Assembly (NCBI RefSeq): GCF_963921235.1
Contig: NW_026948141.1
Coordinates: 186,001 to 250,000, forward strand
Length of the DNA: 64,000 nucleotides
Source of the DNA: Mobula hypostoma
Lineage: Eukaryota
Reading direction: 5' to 3'
Position numbers and translations under genes: made by a program. Of the stretch, positions 61,001-64,000 are shown in pieces (position 1 is the stretch's first letter; each line of letters starts with the position of its first letter). The notes beneath the pieces were generated by a model that saw nothing but the letters and a program-made list of their open reading frames with translations, did no database searches and was not told where the DNA came from.

Positions 61001-64000
61001 GGGTTTGGGACTGTCCACGGGGAGTTCATACCCGTTCCTCCTCCTTTCACAGCCGGGTTTGGGACTGTCCATGGGGAGTTCATACCCAACCTTCCTCCTT
61101 TCACAGCCGGGTTTGGGACTGTCCATGGGGAGTTCATACCCAACCCTCCTCCTTTCACAGCCGGGTTTGGGACTGTCCATGGGGAGTTCATACCCGTTCC
61201 TCCTCCTTTCACAGCCGGGTTTGGGACTGTCCATGGGGAGTTCATACCCGTTCCTCCTCCTTTCACAGCCGGGTTTGGGACTGTCGATGGGGAGTTCATA
61301 CCCGTTCCTCCTCCTTTCACAGCCGGGTTTGGGACTGTCCATGCGGAGTTCATACCCGTTCCTCCTCCTTTCACAGCCGGGTTTGGGACTGTCCATGGGG
61401 AGTTCATACCCGTTCCTCCTCCTTTCACAGCCGGGTTTGGGACTGTCGATGGGGAGTTCATACCCGTTCCTCCTCCTTTCACAGCCGGGTTTGGGACTGT
61501 CCATGCGGAGTTCATACCCAACCCTCCTCCTTTCACAGCCGGGTTTGGGACTGTCCATGGGGAGTTCATACCCGTTCCTCCTCCTTTCACAGCCGGGTTT
61601 GGGACTGTCCATGGGGAGTTCATACCCAACTCTCCTCCTTTCACAGCCGGGTTTGGGACTGTCCATGGGGAGTTCATACCCGTTCCTCCTCCTTTCACAG
61701 CCGGGTTTGGGACTGTCCATGGGGAGTTCATACCTGTTCCTCCTCCTTTCACAGCCGGGTTTGGGACTGTCCGTGGGGAGTTCATACCCGTTCCTCCTCC
61801 TTTCACAGCCGGGTTTGGGACTGTCCATGGGGAGTTCATACCCGTTCCTCCTCCTTTCACAGCCGGGTTTGGGACTGTCGATGGGGAGTTCATACCCGTT
61901 CTGCCTCCTTTCACAGCCGGGTTTGGGACTGTCCATGCGGAGTTCATACCCAACCCTCCTCCTTTCACAGCCGGGTTTGGGACTGTCCATGGGGAGTTCA
62001 TACCCGTTCCTCCTCCTTTCACAGCCGGGTTTGGGACTGTCGATGGGGAGTTCATACCCGTTCCTCCTCCTTTCACAGCCGGGTTTGGGACTGTCCATGC
62101 GGAGTTCATACCCAACCCTCCTCCTTTCACAGCCGGGTTTGGGACTGTCCATGGGGAGTTCATACCCGTTCCTCCTCCTTTCACAGCCGGGTTTGGGACT
62201 GTCCATGGGGAGTTCATACCTGTTCCTCCTCCTTTCACAGCCGGGTTTGGGACTGTCGATGGGGAGTTCATACCCGTTCCTCCTCCTTTCACAGCCGGGT
62301 TTGTGACTGTCCATGCGGAGTTCATACCCAACCCTCCTCCTTTCACAGCCGGGTTTGGGACTGTCCATGGGGAGTTCATACCCGTTCCTCCTCCTTTCAC
62401 AGCCGGGTTTGGGACTGTCCATGGGGAGTTCATACCCAACTCTCCTCCTTTCACAGCCGGGTTTGGGACTGTCCATGGGGAGTTCATACCCGTTCCTCCT
62501 CCTTTCACAGCCGGGTTTGGGACTGTCCATGGGGAGTTCATACCTGTTCCTCCTCCTTTCACAGCCGGGTTTGGGACTGTCCATGGGGAGTTCATACCCG
62601 TTCCTCCTCCTTTCACAGCCGGGTTTGGGACTGTCCATGGGGAGTTCATACCCGTTCCTCCTCCTTTCACAGCCAGGTTTGGGACTGTCCATGGGGAGTT
62701 CATACCCGTTCCTCCTCCTTTCACAGCCGGGTTTGGGACTGTCGATGGGGAGTTCATACCCAACTCTCCTCCTTTCACAGCCAGGTTTGGGACTGTCCTT
62801 GGGGAGTTCATACCCGTTCCTCCTCCTTTCACAGCCGGGTTTGGGACTGTCCATGGGGAGTTCATACCCAACCCTCCTCCTTTCACAGCCGGGTTTGGGA
62901 CTGTCCATGGGGAGTTCATACCCAACTCTCCTCCTTTCACAGCCGGGTTTGGGACTGTCCATGGGGAGTTCATACCCAACCCTCCTCCTTTCACAGCCGG
63001 GTTTGGGACTGTCCTTGGGGAGTTCATACCCGTTCCTCCTCCTTTCACAGCCGGGTTTGGGACTGTCCATGCGGAGTTCATACCCGTTCCTCCTCCTTTC
63101 ACAGCCGGGTTTGGGACTGTCCATGGGGAGTTCATACCCGTTCCTCCTCCTTTCACAGCCGGGGTGGGACTGTCGATGGGGAGTTCATACCCGTTCCTCC
63201 TCCTTTCACAGCTGGGTTTGGGACTGTCCATGCGGAGTTCATACCCAACCCTCCTCCTTTCACAGCCGGGTTTGGGACTTTCCATGGGGAGTTCATACCC
63301 GTTCCTCCTCCTTTCACAGCGGAGTTTGGGACTGTCCATGGGGAGTTCATACCCGTTCCTCCGCCTTTCACAGCCGGGTTTGGGACTGTCCATGGGGAGT
63401 TCATACCCAACCCTACTCCTTTCACAGCTGGGTTTGGGACTGTCCATGGGGAGTTCATACCCGTTCCTCCTCCTTTCACAGCCGGGTTTGGGACTGTCCA
63501 TGGGGAGTTCATACCCGTTCCTCCTCCTTTCACAGCCGAGTTTGGGACTGTCCATGTGGAGTTCATACACGTTCCTCCTCCTTTCACAGCTGGGTTTGGG
63601 ACTATCCATGGGGAGTTCATACCCAACCCTCCTCCTTTCACAGCTGGGTTTGGGACTGTCCATGGGGAGTTCATACCCAACCCTCCTCCTTTCACAGCCG
63701 GGTTTGGGACTGTCCATGGGGAGTTCATACCAAACCCTCCTCCTTTCACAGCCGGGTTTGGGACTGTCCATGGGGAGTTCATACCCGTTCCTCCTCCTTT
63801 CACAGCCGGGTTTGGGACTGTCCATGTGGAGTTCATACACGTTCCTCCTCCTTTCACAGCTGGGTTTGGGACTGTCCATGGGGAGTTCATACCCAACCCT
63901 CCTCCTTTCACAGCTGGGTTTGGGACTGTCCATGGGGAGTTCATACCCAACGATCCTCCTTTCACAGCCGGGTTTGGGACTGTCCATGCGGAGTTCATAC
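55045..64000. repeat. 54-bp satellite array (>160 copies, runs off window)
   Basis: Unit ctcctcctttcacagccgggtttgggactgtccatggggagttcatacc(cgttc/caacc). Confidence 0.98.

Noticed and set aside
54932..63998. ORFs up to 2,154 aa in several frames
   Set aside because: The 54-nt unit lacks stops in nearly all frames and the ORFs switch frame at indels; satellite artefact.
31000..64000. CRISPR-like repeat arrays
   Set aside because: No unique spacers and no cas genes; vertebrate context; units are head-to-tail monomers.

Overview
Vertebrate genomic DNA, most likely a cartilaginous fish (ray/shark-type CR1, Rex1/Babar, Penelope and V-SINE repeats). The only host gene is the 3' part of LRRC56 on the + strand. 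Seven coding exons (502-679, 1373-1555, 1927-1991, 5934-6073, 15318-15499, 21835-22159, 30814-31003) splice with consistent phases, and their introns are saturated with transposon remnants. An ~11 kb 42/45-bp satellite begins exactly at the LRRC56 stop codon and an adjacent splice donor. It contains a 3,499-bp higher-order duplication and is split by a hAT (Buster/Charlie-like) transposon carrying nested retroelements. Downstream lie a Hero-like RLE retrotransposon, a young inverted pair of CR1 copies, and a second >9 kb 54-bp satellite grown from the 5' end of an RTE-like element. The most striking non-obvious signal is in the Hero-like 3' UTR (51311-51369): the hammerhead-ribozyme core motifs sit in exact pairing register but in a non-canonical, pseudoknotted strand order. 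The very long ORFs in the ORF track are satellite artefacts. All family assignments are by motif recognition, not database search.
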